From an uncultured Acidobacteriota bacterium (lineage in GTDB: Bacteria; Acidobacteriota; Thermoanaerobaculia; Multivoradales; UBA5704), in NCBI GenBank assembly GCA_963770895.1, contig CAVYRF010000001.1:2016001-2080000 (forward strand): 64,000 nucleotides of DNA, read 5' to 3'. Shown here piece after piece: positions 26,664 to 36,343 of the stretch. Numbering within the stretch: the first letter of the stretch is position 1; the number at the start of each line of letters is the position of its first letter. Both the position numbers and the translations under genes were made by a program. The notes beneath the pieces are model-generated. The model ran no database searches. It saw only the letters and a list, made by a program, of their open reading frames with translations, and was not told where the DNA came from.

Positions 26664-26707
26664 GTTCCCTATATGCAGTGTTGCCGCAAGGCGCAAATTA
26701 CGGACAG
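26664..26707 (-). promoter_or_regulatory. Conserved promoter-like motif, copy 3
   Basis: Minus strand CTGTCCGTAATTTGCG-N18-TATAGGGAAC upstream of 25375-26517. Confidence 0.6.
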
Positions 26708-26756
26708 GGGCGGCTCGCGGCGAGTGGCTGTGTGCTCAGATCGTTGCGCTGGGTGG

Positions 26757-27065
26757 GCCGCAGGCCGCAATATGTGCTGGGCTGCAGGTTAAGGCGTTCC
26801 AGGCGCCCACCCGATCTCCTTCGAATCTCTTGCCTCGCGCGCACCGCGGCCCCCGTGCGCTTCGCACCCCTGCCGATAGCGCCCGCTCCAGCCATCTGCC
26901 GCACCAGGGGAATTTGCCCACTCGACCGCGCACTCGCCAAACCCTGAGCCCGCGGTGCGCGCTCGGGCGACAGCCAGCCCTGCGGACATGAACCAGACCG
27001 GCTTGCTCCTCCTCGCGCTACCCCTGCCGCTGGCCCCCCGGCCAGAACTTGACCGCCGGCGCCGA
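26757..27065. repeat. Dispersed repeat, copy 4 (uninterrupted)
   Basis: Colinear with copies 1 and 3; contains the hairpin GTGCG-CTT-CGCAC. Confidence 0.9.
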
Positions 27066-27140
27066 TCCGATTGCCGCCCGTCGCCGCGTGCGCGCGACGA
27101 CGGGCGGAATCACTCGGCCAACGGCGGCGGCGCCGGCGGC

Positions 27141-28961
27141 TTACTTTTTGGCGTCGGCCAGGATCACGTCGGTGGCTTTTTCCGAGATCATGTAGGTCGG
27201 CGTGACGATGAAGAAGCCGGGGATGCGGGGGAAGACCGAGGCGTCGACGATGCGCAGGTTTTGCGTGCCGATGACGCGGAAGTTGCTGTCGACGACGGCG
27301 TTGGGGTCGGTGGCGGCGCCCATGGGGTTGGTGCACGAGGCGTGGTGGCCCCAGGCGTTGTCCTTGACGAACTGCACGATCTGGTCGTGGGTCGCGACGG
27401 CCGGTCCGGGGACCGTCTCCTGCTGGATCGCGCCGTTGTGCCGCGAGATCTGGCGCACGAATTCGACGCCGTTGGCGACCGACTCGGCGTCGGTGCCCTG
27501 GGTGTCGTTGCCGTCGTCGAAGTAGCGGAAGTTGATGTCCGGCGGGTCCAGCGGGCTGGCCGAGCGCAGGCGGACGGAGCCGGCGGTGTTGTTGGTGTGG
27601 GCCTTGAGGATCGCCCAGGTGAGGAAGTTCTTGGTGCGCTCGACTTCCTGCGAATAGCCGGGGAAGTAGCCGTAGAACTTGCCGGGCAGGGCGAAGATGA
27701 ACAGGTCGGGATCGGGGCGCTCCGGCGCCGATTTCTTGATCACCCCCAGGACCGCGCCGCCGGTCGTGTAGACCCCCTTGCCGTTCTGCCAGTCCGTGTA
27801 GCAAGGGTCGCCCGGCTGGTTGGGGAGCGGCGGAGCGAAGGTCGCGCCGGCCAGCACCTTCCAGTCCTGCTTCATCTCGGTGACGACGCCGATTTCGTAG
27901 CGGTCCTGCAGGTTGCTGCCGACTCCCGGCCGGTCCAGCAGGCAGGCGATGCCGAACTGTTCGAGGTGCGCCCGCGGCCCGATGCCGGACAGCATCAGCA
28001 GCTGCGGCGAATTGAAGGCGCCGCCGGCGAGGATCACTTCCCGCGCGCAGTAGTACTGCACCACGTCGTAGTCGTTGCCGGCCTGCGGGTTGTCGACGGC
28101 CTGCGGGTCGGCTTTGTACAGGTGCTGGCCTTCCCAGCATTCGACGCCGATGGCACGCTTGTCGGCGTCGAAGAGGACCTTGGTCGCCAAGGTGCTCATC
28201 TTGATCACCAGGTTCTGCGGCAGGGCGGCACGCGTGCCGTCGATCAGCTCGCGCGTGCTTTCGCGGCGGCCGCTCAAGGTGGCGGACGGGGCGAAGCAGA
28301 TGCCCTCGAACTGCGGCGTGCGCCAGTCGTTGGGGTCCTGCGGCAGGAGCTGCGGCAGCGGCCCGCTCAGCCCCTCTTTCCACGCCCCCAGGATGGCGCC
28401 CAGGATGGTCTGGATCAGCGCCGGATCGCCGAACACCAGCGACAGCTCGGGGCCGGTGGTGTTCAGCCAGCCGTCCCAACCGTGGCGCGTCGGGTTGGGC
28501 TGGCCGGCGCCGGGATTGGCGACGTAGCCGCACCGTTCCAGGCGCTCGAAGTAGCCGCGCATCTTGTCGGACGACCACGACGCATCGCCGGTCAGCTGGG
28601 CGATGTGGTCCCAATCGCTGTTGTGACCATAGACGGTGATCATCGCGTTGTGCGACGTGCAGCCGCCCAGGGTGCCGGCGCGGGGATAGAAGATGCCGCC
28701 CTTGTCGGCGGCGTACTTGGAGTCGCGTTGCGGATTTTCGCCGTAATGTTTGACGAAGAACTCCCACGACATTTCCGGATCTTCGCTGGCGTAGGAGTTG
28801 AACACCGGCACCGGGTAGGAGGTGGTGTCGGGCTCCTGGCCGGCCTCGATCAGGCCGACCTTGTAGCCGGCCTTGGCCAGGTTGCAGGCCAGCGGCCCGC
28901 CCCCGGCGCCGGAGCCGACGATGATGTAGTCGAAATCTGGGTGTTGCGGATCGTTCGGCAT
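27141..28961 (-). CDS. GMC-family FAD oxidoreductase (choline dehydrogenase-like)
   Basis: DYIIVGSGAGGG FAD motif, YPRAGTLGGCTSHNAMI, GGAFNSPQLLMLSGIGP, GHHASCT, NLRIVDASVFP. Confidence 0.93.
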   Translation of the reverse strand: MPNDPQHPDFDYIIVGSGAGGGPLACNLAKAGYKVGLIEAGQEPDTTSYPVPVFNSYASEDPEMSWEFFVKHYGENPQRDSKYAADKGGIFYPRAGTLGGCTSHNAMITVYGHNSDWDHIAQLTGDASWSSDKMRGYFERLERCGYVANPGAGQPNPTRHGWDGWLNTTGPELSLVFGDPALIQTILGAILGAWKEGLSGPLPQLLPQDPNDWRTPQFEGICFAPSATLSGRRESTRELIDGTRAALPQNLVIKMSTLATKVLFDADKRAIGVECWEGQHLYKADPQAVDNPQAGNDYDVVQYYCAREVILAGGAFNSPQLLMLSGIGPRAHLEQFGIACLLDRPGVGSNLQDRYEIGVVTEMKQDWKVLAGATFAPPLPNQPGDPCYTDWQNGKGVYTTGGAVLGVIKKSAPERPDPDLFIFALPGKFYGYFPGYSQEVERTKNFLTWAILKAHTNNTAGSVRLRSASPLDPPDINFRYFDDGNDTQGTDAESVANGVEFVRQISRHNGAIQQETVPGPAVATHDQIVQFVKDNAWGHHASCTNPMGAATDPNAVVDSNFRVIGTQNLRIVDASVFPRIPGFFIVTPTYMISEKATDVILADAKK

Positions 28962-28973
28962 GCCCACGTCCCC

Positions 28974-31139
28974 TTAAAAGGTTTTGATGAACTCGATGAG
29001 CGCGCGCTTGTCGCGGTCGGGCAGGGAGGTGGCGAAGTAGTGGCCTTCGTCCTCGATGAAGTCAGGGCATGAGTTGAGCGCATAGAAGTCGGGAACCAGC
29101 GACAGCAGCCGCTGCGTCGCCGCGTCGCCGGTCAGCCCCTGGTCCTTGACGTCCTTGAGCGCCTTGATCGTGCGGATCAGCAGGCGCGCCAGGCGTACCT
29201 TCTTGCCCAGGCCCTTGAGCTCCAGATTGGTGTTGGCGATCAGGTTGATCGGCGTCCCCTTGGGGATGGGGCCGATGTGGATGAACCCGTCGGCGCTGGC
29301 CGCACTGCTCAGCCACGGCGCGTACGACACCGGGATCTGCAGGCTGCTTTCCACCGTGGTGCGCCAGATCGATTCCTTGCCCAGGCGTTTTTCGGACCAG
29401 AACATCTTTTCGATCGCGTCGTTGAACGCCTCCATCCGCGAATCGACGTCCACCGCGTGCACGTGCTTGCCGAGCGCGTTGTTATGCAGGAACGGCGCGC
29501 TATACCAAACGTTGACCAGCGATGGCGGCCGGTAGTAACCGCGGCCGTCGCCCGGTACCTCCCACGGCCGATCCTGGCCGGTGAACGGGTCCCACACCCG
29601 GATCGAGCCGACCTTCGGCAGCGTCTTGTAGGTTTCCGAAGAGAAGTTGTCCCACACGTGATCGCGCAGGGCGTTGGCGGCGACGGCGCGGGTGGCGTTG
29701 GTCTTGACCTCGGTGACCGGTACGCGGATCTCGGCGCTCAAGAAGTTGCCGTCCAGGAAGTCGGGCTTCATCACCTCCTGCTCGAACCACTTCTGTCCTT
29801 CCGGCGAGTTGGGCTGCATCGGCGGCGGCGGCTGCTTGCTCGAATGGCAGCGCGCGCAGTTCTGCGCGAACATGACCTTGCCGCGGTTGAGCACCTGCGT
29901 GTCGGTGGTCAGGTACTTCTGGCCGCCGGGCGCGTCGGCAAGCTTGAGCGGCCGGGCGATGTCGACGAAGTACTGGGCCAGCGCCGGCGAGTGCTGCTCG
30001 CTCCAATTCCAGTGCGGCGACAGCTTTTGCGCGTCCTTGACCCGGATCGGCGACTGCTGCTTGATACCGACCAACGGATTGAAATGACGCAGCCACTCTT
30101 CCCAATATTCGCCGATGTTGAGGTAGACGCGGGAGAGCGCCGCGTCGAAGCCCACCGAGTCCGCGCCCTCCTTGAGCACGCGCGGCGTGAGCTGCGGATC
30201 GTGGACGCCGCGCAGGTCGAGCGCGCCGCCGGTGACATGCTCGTTGGCCGCCACCTGCAAGCGGCCGGCGACGTTGAAGATGCCGTTCATCGTGCCGGGA
30301 TTGTTCAAGTAGTCGGTGGCGATGAACGAGGTGTCGAGCGTCCCCGCCGGATTGCTGTGCAGCAGCTGCCAGACGAAGTTGTCTTCGGGCAGATTGTTGC
30401 CGAACACCTCCCACACCTTGAAGAAGTGCTGTCCCACGTAGTCGTTGAGGTTGGCGTATTCGGCCTCGTTGGGATCGGCGGGAGGGTTGACCGGGTCGGC
30501 GCCCAGGTGGCAGAAGGAGCAGGCCATGCCGACGACGTACGGGCGCACCAGCTTCTGGTCCGTGTAGTAGCGGGGATCGTTGTAGTACCGCGCCGGGTCC
30601 CAGCGGGCCTTGGCGGCGGCGTCGAAGTTGGGGTTGGGGAACAGGCGCAGCCCCATGATGCCGCTCGACTTGCCATAGGTGTAGGTGTCGATCTTGCTGT
30701 CCAGGTCGTACTTGGCTTCGCGCGGCACGTCGATGTAAAGACCGTAGGCATCGGGCTGCGCAGGCCGCACAAAGCCGGGCTGATTGAAGATGCCGTACTT
30801 TTGGAAGCGCTGGTCGCGCGGCGAATTGACGATCTTGAGCAGGTCGGCGGTGCCGAAACCGTGATTGGCCAGCCAGTCCCAGAACGAGCCGTTGTCGCCC
30901 GACCAGAGGTTCCAGATCACGCGGCCCTTGAGATCGTCGTCGCTCAGCTTGAGCGCGTGGCCCTGGGAGTCCATGCCGGGGAACGGATCGAAGCTGACCT
31001 CCTTGAAGTCGCTGTACTTCCAGCTTGGCGCCACCGGCTGCTGCGAGCAGCCCGCCAGCAACGCCAGCAGCGCGGCGAGCAGCAGCAGGATCACCAGCAG
31101 GTGGGGGAGGCGGGCACTGCGGCCTGTCTTCATCGTCAT
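28974..31139 (-). CDS. Di-heme cytochrome c lipoprotein, RoxA/MauG/bCCP superfamily
   Basis: Lipobox LLAGC; two heme motifs CSFCH and CARCH; YRPPSLVNVWYSAPFLHNN; C-terminal GHYF...DKRALIEFIKTF. Confidence 0.8.
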   Translation of the reverse strand: MTMKTGRSARLPHLLVILLLLAALLALLAGCSQQPVAPSWKYSDFKEVSFDPFPGMDSQGHALKLSDDDLKGRVIWNLWSGDNGSFWDWLANHGFGTADLLKIVNSPRDQRFQKYGIFNQPGFVRPAQPDAYGLYIDVPREAKYDLDSKIDTYTYGKSSGIMGLRLFPNPNFDAAAKARWDPARYYNDPRYYTDQKLVRPYVVGMACSFCHLGADPVNPPADPNEAEYANLNDYVGQHFFKVWEVFGNNLPEDNFVWQLLHSNPAGTLDTSFIATDYLNNPGTMNGIFNVAGRLQVAANEHVTGGALDLRGVHDPQLTPRVLKEGADSVGFDAALSRVYLNIGEYWEEWLRHFNPLVGIKQQSPIRVKDAQKLSPHWNWSEQHSPALAQYFVDIARPLKLADAPGGQKYLTTDTQVLNRGKVMFAQNCARCHSSKQPPPPMQPNSPEGQKWFEQEVMKPDFLDGNFLSAEIRVPVTEVKTNATRAVAANALRDHVWDNFSSETYKTLPKVGSIRVWDPFTGQDRPWEVPGDGRGYYRPPSLVNVWYSAPFLHNNALGKHVHAVDVDSRMEAFNDAIEKMFWSEKRLGKESIWRTTVESSLQIPVSYAPWLSSAASADGFIHIGPIPKGTPINLIANTNLELKGLGKKVRLARLLIRTIKALKDVKDQGLTGDAATQRLLSLVPDFYALNSCPDFIEDEGHYFATSLPDRDKRALIEFIKTF

Positions 31140-31490
31140 CCCTTTCGCAATCGCCGGCAGGGTCTGCCCGCCGGCCCCTGGACCGCAGGGTTGCGCCGCC
31201 CGCGACGGGCAGCCCAGGCCATCGCCACCCACACGGCGGCAGGCCTTCGCCAGCGGCGGCAAACGCCTCTGGCGGCCCCTGGGGACCTTGCTCTTAATCG
31301 CTCAATCGAATGTTAACTTGCGGCCTCGGCGACCGTCAAGACCCAACGTGAGCGCGCTCGCCAAACGTCACCGGCATGTTGCGCATACGTTGATATGTGT
31401 ATTCGTGTTGACGGTGCGGTGATGGATTCTCGCGGCCGCGCGGCAGGGCGGTGCGGCCACCTGGGCGGGGGCCGCACCGCGGAACGGAGG

Positions 31491-31967
31491 TCACCGCGCG
31501 ACGGCGGCGGCGGGCTGGTAGGTGCCGGGCACGATGCGGGCGGCGATCGAAAGCCGATTCCAGGCATTGATCGCGGCCACGGCCAGCGTCAGGTCGGCCA
31601 GCTCCTTGTCGGTGAACGCCGGCTTCACCTGCTGGTACACCTCGTCGGCGGCGTGCCCCTGGGCGATCTGCGTCACCGCCTCGGTCCACGCCAGGGCGGC
31701 GCGTTCGCGCTCGCTGTAGTACGGGCATTCGCGCCAGGCGTCCAGCGAGTACAGCCGCTGCTCGCTTTCGCCGCGCGCCCGCAGGTCCTTCCAGTGCATG
31801 TCCAGGCAGTAGGCGCAGCCGTTGAGCTGCGAGGCGCGCAGCTGCGCCAGCATCACCAGCGACGGCTCCAGACCGCTGCTCTGCACGTAGCGGTCGAGGC
31901 TGTCCATGGCGTCGAAGACGCCGGGGGCGGCTTTGGCATAGTCGATACGAGCTTTCTGGGCGGGCAT
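31491..31967 (-). CDS. AhpD/carboxymuconolactone decarboxylase family protein
   Basis: LRASQLNGCAYCLDMH, AINAWNR; AAGGAG RBS. Confidence 0.92.
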   Translation of the reverse strand: MPAQKARIDYAKAAPGVFDAMDSLDRYVQSSGLEPSLVMLAQLRASQLNGCAYCLDMHWKDLRARGESEQRLYSLDAWRECPYYSERERAALAWTEAVTQIAQGHAADEVYQQVKPAFTDKELADLTLAVAAINAWNRLSIAARIVPGTYQPAAAVAR

Positions 31968-32122
31968 GCGATCTCCTTCCGAAGGTGCGACGTTGGGCGC
32001 TTTCAAAGCGGCTTGCTGGAGGGTTCCGCCAGCACCGCGCGGTTCTCGAGCACGGGACCAGCCTACGTCCGATTGGACTTGTCGCCCAGATCCATTTACG
32101 ATATTTGCGCTAGACCACTTTC

Positions 32123-33616
32123 ATGCCCAGGCAGACCACCCAGCTGGCGCTCCTGCTGCCGCCCCGTCCGCCCGGCGCCGCGGCCGGACGCTGGCTCTAC
32201 GACGCGCTGCGGGCGGCGATCCTGGAAGGGCGCCTGCGCCCGGGCGCGCGGCTGCCGGCAAGCCGCGACCTGGCGGCGCACCACGCCCTGTCGCGCGGCA
32301 CGATCGTCACGGCGTTCGACCAGCTGAAGGCGGAGGGCTACCTGGAAGGGAAAACCGGGTCGGGCACCTACGTGACGCGCGTGCTGCCCGATGCCCTGCT
32401 GGCGGTGGCAGGCCCCCAGCCGCGGCGCTTCGCGGCGGAACGACGCCTGCCGCGGCAGCTTTCGGACTACGGCCGCCGGGTGCAGGACTTCGGCAACCAC
32501 CAGCCCGGCCCGGTGCGGGCCTTTCGCGCCAATCAACCCGCGCTCGACCTGTTTCCCACCACGCTGTGGGCGCAGGTGGCGGCGCGCCGCCTGCGGCGGG
32601 CCTCGGCCAGCCTGCTGCTGAGCTGCGATTCGCTCGGCCATCGCCCGCTGCAGGAGCAGGTGGCGGACTACCTGACGACCTCCCGCGGCGTCCGCTGCGC
32701 CGCCGAGCAGGTGGCGATCGTCTCCGGCACCCAGGAAGCCCTGGACCTGACGGCGCGCCTGCTGCTCAACCCCGGCGATCGCGTGGCGATCGAAAATCCC
32801 GGCTACGTCGGCGCCACGCTGGTCTTCGAAGCCCTGGGCGCCACCATCGTGCCGCTGCCCCTGGACGACCAGGGCATGACCCTCCCCGGCCGCGAGCTGG
32901 CCGGTGTGCGGCTGGTCTACGTCACCCCGGCGCACCAGTTCCCGGTCGGCGTCGGCATGAGCCTGGCCCGGCGCCTGGCCCTGCTCGACTGGGCGCGCCA
33001 GACCGGCGCGCTGATCTTCGAAGACGACTACGACAGCGAATACCGCTACGCCGGCCGCCCCCTGCCGGCCCTCCAGGGCCTGGACCGCCACGGCCAGGTG
33101 CTCTACGCCGGCAGCTTCAGCAAGGTGCTGTTCCCCTCCCTGCGCCTGGGCTACCTGGTCATCCCCGCCGATCTTCTCGACCGCTTCGCCGCCGCGCAGT
33201 CGGTCACCAACCGCCACGCCCCGCTGCTCGAGCAGGCCGTCCTGGCCGACTTCCTGGCCGCCGGCCACTTCGGCCGCCACGTCCGCCGCATGCGGGAGAT
33301 CTACGCCCAGCGCCTCGCCGTGCTGCTGGCCGGCGCCCGCCAGCACCTCGCCGGCCTGCTCGACATCTCGCCGGTCGAAGCGGGCCTGCAAACCGCCGGC
33401 TGGCTGTGCAACGGCCTGGACGGCGAAACCGCCGCCGCCGCCGCCGCCCGCCGCAACGTCCAGGTTCTGCCCCTGGGCCGCTACGGCTGGCACGGCGCCG
33501 CCGCCGCCGGCCTCCAGCTGGGCTTCGCCGCCGTCGACACCCAGGAGATCCGCCGCGGCGTCCGCGACCTGGCCGCCGCCCTGGAATCGGCAACCCCCGC
33601 CGCTCCCGATCGCTGA
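32123..33616 (+). CDS. MocR/GabR-family regulator (GntR wHTH + PLP aminotransferase-like domain)
   Basis: RLPASRDLA...SRGTIVTAFDQLKAEGYL; YVTPAHQFP, EDDYDSEY, GSFSKVLFPSLRLGY; divergent from the AhpD-family gene. Confidence 0.93.
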   Translation: MPRQTTQLALLLPPRPPGAAAGRWLYDALRAAILEGRLRPGARLPASRDLAAHHALSRGTIVTAFDQLKAEGYLEGKTGSGTYVTRVLPDALLAVAGPQPRRFAAERRLPRQLSDYGRRVQDFGNHQPGPVRAFRANQPALDLFPTTLWAQVAARRLRRASASLLLSCDSLGHRPLQEQVADYLTTSRGVRCAAEQVAIVSGTQEALDLTARLLLNPGDRVAIENPGYVGATLVFEALGATIVPLPLDDQGMTLPGRELAGVRLVYVTPAHQFPVGVGMSLARRLALLDWARQTGALIFEDDYDSEYRYAGRPLPALQGLDRHGQVLYAGSFSKVLFPSLRLGYLVIPADLLDRFAAAQSVTNRHAPLLEQAVLADFLAAGHFGRHVRRMREIYAQRLAVLLAGARQHLAGLLDISPVEAGLQTAGWLCNGLDGETAAAAAARRNVQVLPLGRYGWHGAAAAGLQLGFAAVDTQEIRRGVRDLAAALESATPAAPDR

Positions 33617-33623
33617 GGCGGCT

Positions 33624-34205
33624 TCAAGGATGGATCTTGCCGCCCTCGGCCAGCATGGCGACGAACTTGGCGATGCGCTGCGCGCGGGTCGCGGGCCGCT
33701 TGGCTTCGTGGACGCGATAGAGGATCGCGTAGCGGTTGGCGCGGTCGAGCGTGGCAAAGAACTGCCGCGCGCGGTCGTTGGCGTCGAGCGCCTGCCGCAG
33801 GTCGTCGGGAACGTCCGCCGACGCCTGCCCCGCGTACGCCGCCTCCCAGCGGCCGTCCGCCTTGGCGCGCTCGATCTCGCGCATCCCCCCCGGCTGCATC
33901 TGGCCGTCGGCGATCAGCTCTTCCGCCCGCCGGCAGTTGCGCTGCGACCACTTGCCGCGCGGCAGCCGCGGCGTGAACCGCTGCAGCCAGAACTGCTCGT
34001 CCAGCTTGTCCTTCTGGCCGTCGATCCAGCCGAAGCACAGCGCCGCGTCCAGCGCCTCGGGATAGGTGACGCTCGCCACCCCCGACTCCTTCTTGGCGAT
34101 CTTGAGCCAGATCCCCCGCGCCTCCGCCCCCTGCGCCGCAAGCCACGTCTCCATCGCCCGCCGCGACGCGAACGCAACCACCGGCAGATCGCTCTTCTTG
34201 TCCAT
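33624..34205 (-). CDS. YdeI/OmpD-associated family protein
   Basis: ALCFGWIDG, FTPR...WS..N, NRYAILYR, KRPATR. Confidence 0.9.
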   Translation of the reverse strand: MDKKSDLPVVAFASRRAMETWLAAQGAEARGIWLKIAKKESGVASVTYPEALDAALCFGWIDGQKDKLDEQFWLQRFTPRLPRGKWSQRNCRRAEELIADGQMQPGGMREIERAKADGRWEAAYAGQASADVPDDLRQALDANDRARQFFATLDRANRYAILYRVHEAKRPATRAQRIAKFVAMLAEGGKIHP

Positions 34206-34256
34206 GGTCCGGGAGGGGTGGGGGGGCAGATTCTTGGCGCCGGCGGGATCGATCCA

Positions 34257-34883
34257 TCAATCCTTGAGGAAGAAGGCCAGCTCTTCGAGGTTGATGCGCA
34301 GGTCGACGTTTTTGAGCGGCACGCCGCGCCGGGGCTTGACGCGCAGGGCGGCGAAGTTGAGGACGCCGCGCACGCCGGCGTCGGCCAGGGCGTCGTAGTA
34401 GTCCTGGGCGACCTGGTTGGGGACGGTGAGGACGCCGATCATTGCGCCGGTGTCGCGCACCACCTGGGCCAGCTCGCTGGCGGGGCGGACGGTGAAGTCG
34501 GCGACCCGGCTACCGATCTTGGCCGGATCGTTGTCGACGCCGGCGACGACGTGGAAGGCGCCGTGGTTGAAGCCCAGGTAGCGGGCCAGGGCGCTGCCCA
34601 GGTTGCCCATGCCGACGATCACCATCGGGTGTCTGCGGTCCAGTCCCAGCAGGGCGTCCAGGTGCTCGGCCAGCTCGTCGATGCGGTAGCCGACGCCGCG
34701 GATGCCGAACTCGCCGAACTGCGCCAGGTCCTTGCGGATCTGGGTGGCGGACAGGTGGTAGCGCTGCGCCATCTCCTGCGACGAGATGCGCGAAAAACCC
34801 AGCTCTTGCAGCTGGCGCAGACAGCGTAGATAGAACGACAGGCGATTGAGGGTGAGCGGGGAGATTTCCTCCTGCTGGCTCAC
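34257..34883 (-). CDS. rex: Redox-sensing transcriptional repressor Rex
   Basis: RLSFYLR, ISSQEMA, QIRKDLAQFGEFGIRGVGY, VGMGNLG, GVLNFA; GTG start overlaps the nuoN stop. Confidence 0.93.
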   Translation of the reverse strand: MSQQEEISPLTLNRLSFYLRCLRQLQELGFSRISSQEMAQRYHLSATQIRKDLAQFGEFGIRGVGYRIDELAEHLDALLGLDRRHPMVIVGMGNLGSALARYLGFNHGAFHVVAGVDNDPAKIGSRVADFTVRPASELAQVVRDTGAMIGVLTVPNQVAQDYYDALADAGVRGVLNFAALRVKPRRGVPLKNVDLRINLEELAFFLKD

Positions 34884-36343
34884 CTCACGCCGGTTGCCGC
34901 GATCAGCCATTGCAAGAGGTCCGAGGGCCACAGGCCAAGAACCAGGGTGGCCAATGCTGCGATCAGCACCGCGGCGCGGCCCCAGCCGTCGATCAGCAAG
35001 CCCTCGGGCTGACGCCGCTCGGCGCGCATGTAGAGCACGTAGACCACCCGCAGGTAGTAGAACACGCCCACCAGGCTGGCCAGCACGCCCAGCACGGCCA
35101 GGTGGACGTGGCCGGCGGCGACCGCCTGCTGGAACACCAGGTATTTGCCCAGGAAGCCCAGAGTCGGCGGAATGCCGCCGAGCGACAGCATGCAGATCGC
35201 CAGGCACCCGGCGATCAGCGGGTAGCGATAGCCCCAGCCGGCCAGCTCGTCGATCTCGTGGCGCGACCCCGGCCGGCTGTACAGCACGCTCACCGCGGCA
35301 AAGGCGCCGGCGTTCATCAGCACGTAGGCGAGCAGGTAGACCGCGACCGGCGCCAGGCTGGCGCGATCGAAGGTGACCAGGGCCAGCAGCAGGTACCCCA
35401 TGTGGGCGACGCCCGAATACGCCAGCATGCGCTTCAGGTCGGTCTGCGCCAGGGCCAGGAAGTTGCCCACCAGCATCGACAGCGCCGCCAGCACGCCGAC
35501 GACGTTTTCCCACCGCGACGCGGTGGCGCCCTGGGCGGCCAGCTGCAGCAGCCGGAAGAGCACCAGGGCGCTGGCCACCTTGGGTGCCACCGACAGGAAG
35601 GCGACAAAGGGCGACGGCGCCCCCTGGTAGGTGTCGGGGGACCAGGCGTGGAAGGGCGCCAGGCTCATCTTGAACCCGAAGCCGCACACCAGCAGCAGCA
35701 GCCCCAAGGTGGCGCCGACGGTGCCCTGGCCGGCGGTGAAGGCGCGCTCGATGACGTCCAGCCGCGTGCTGCCGGTGGCGCCGTAGAGGAGAGCGATGCC
35801 CAGCAGCACGAAGGCGCTGACGAAGGCGCCCATCAGGAAGTACTTGATCGCCGCTTCGACGGCGACGCTCACCCGCCGGTGATAGGCGGCCAGGGCGTAG
35901 AGGCTGAGCGACAGCAGCTCCAGCGACAGGAACAGGGTGAGCAGCTCGGTCGAGCGCAGCATGAGCAGCATGCCGGTGGCGCACCACAGCAGCAGCGCGT
36001 AGTACTCACCGCCCTGGATGCGCTCGCGCCGCAGGTAGTTGTCCGAGGCCAGCACGCACAGGCCGGTCGCCAGCAGCACCAGCAGCGAGAAGGCGAAGGT
36101 GATGCGGCTGGTCTCCAGCATGCCGTTGCAGCTCTTGAAGCTGGCGTTGGGATCGCCGGGGCCGCCCGCCAGCGTCAACCAGGCGCTGCACGCTCCCCAG
36201 CCGGCCAGCGCGGTCACCACCAGCGCCACCGCCGTCCAGGCCCGCCGCAGCCCCGGCGCCACCGCGTCGGCCAGCAGGATCAGCACGCCGCCGCCGCACA
36301 GGATCAGCTCGGGCAGCAGGCTTATCAGGTCGTTGCGGGTCAT
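34880..36343 (-). CDS. nuoN: NADH-quinone oxidoreductase subunit N
   Basis: EAAIKYF, FKMSLAPFHAWSPDTYQGAP, KRMLAYSGVAHMGY. Confidence 0.95.
   Translation of the reverse strand: MTRNDLISLLPELILCGGGVLILLADAVAPGLRRAWTAVALVVTALAGWGACSAWLTLAGGPGDPNASFKSCNGMLETSRITFAFSLLVLLATGLCVLASDNYLRRERIQGGEYYALLLWCATGMLLMLRSTELLTLFLSLELLSLSLYALAAYHRRVSVAVEAAIKYFLMGAFVSAFVLLGIALLYGATGSTRLDVIERAFTAGQGTVGATLGLLLLVCGFGFKMSLAPFHAWSPDTYQGAPSPFVAFLSVAPKVASALVLFRLLQLAAQGATASRWENVVGVLAALSMLVGNFLALAQTDLKRMLAYSGVAHMGYLLLALVTFDRASLAPVAVYLLAYVLMNAGAFAAVSVLYSRPGSRHEIDELAGWGYRYPLIAGCLAICMLSLGGIPPTLGFLGKYLVFQQAVAAGHVHLAVLGVLASLVGVFYYLRVVYVLYMRAERRQPEGLLIDGWGRAAVLIAALATLVLGLWPSDLLQWLIAATGVR

Noticed and set aside
11411-27065. 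Dispersed repeat as integron attC sites
   Set aside because: Too long, no clear RYYYAAC...GTTRRRY ends, and the integrase relic is Cre-like rather than IntI-like.
34257-35987. ORF-track extended starts (576-aa rex, 552-aa nuoF, 686-aa der, 418-aa ATPase, 603-aa regulator)
   Set aside because: Most extensions overlap upstream genes in another frame; family N-termini and RBS or stop-start overlaps indicate the shorter starts used here.
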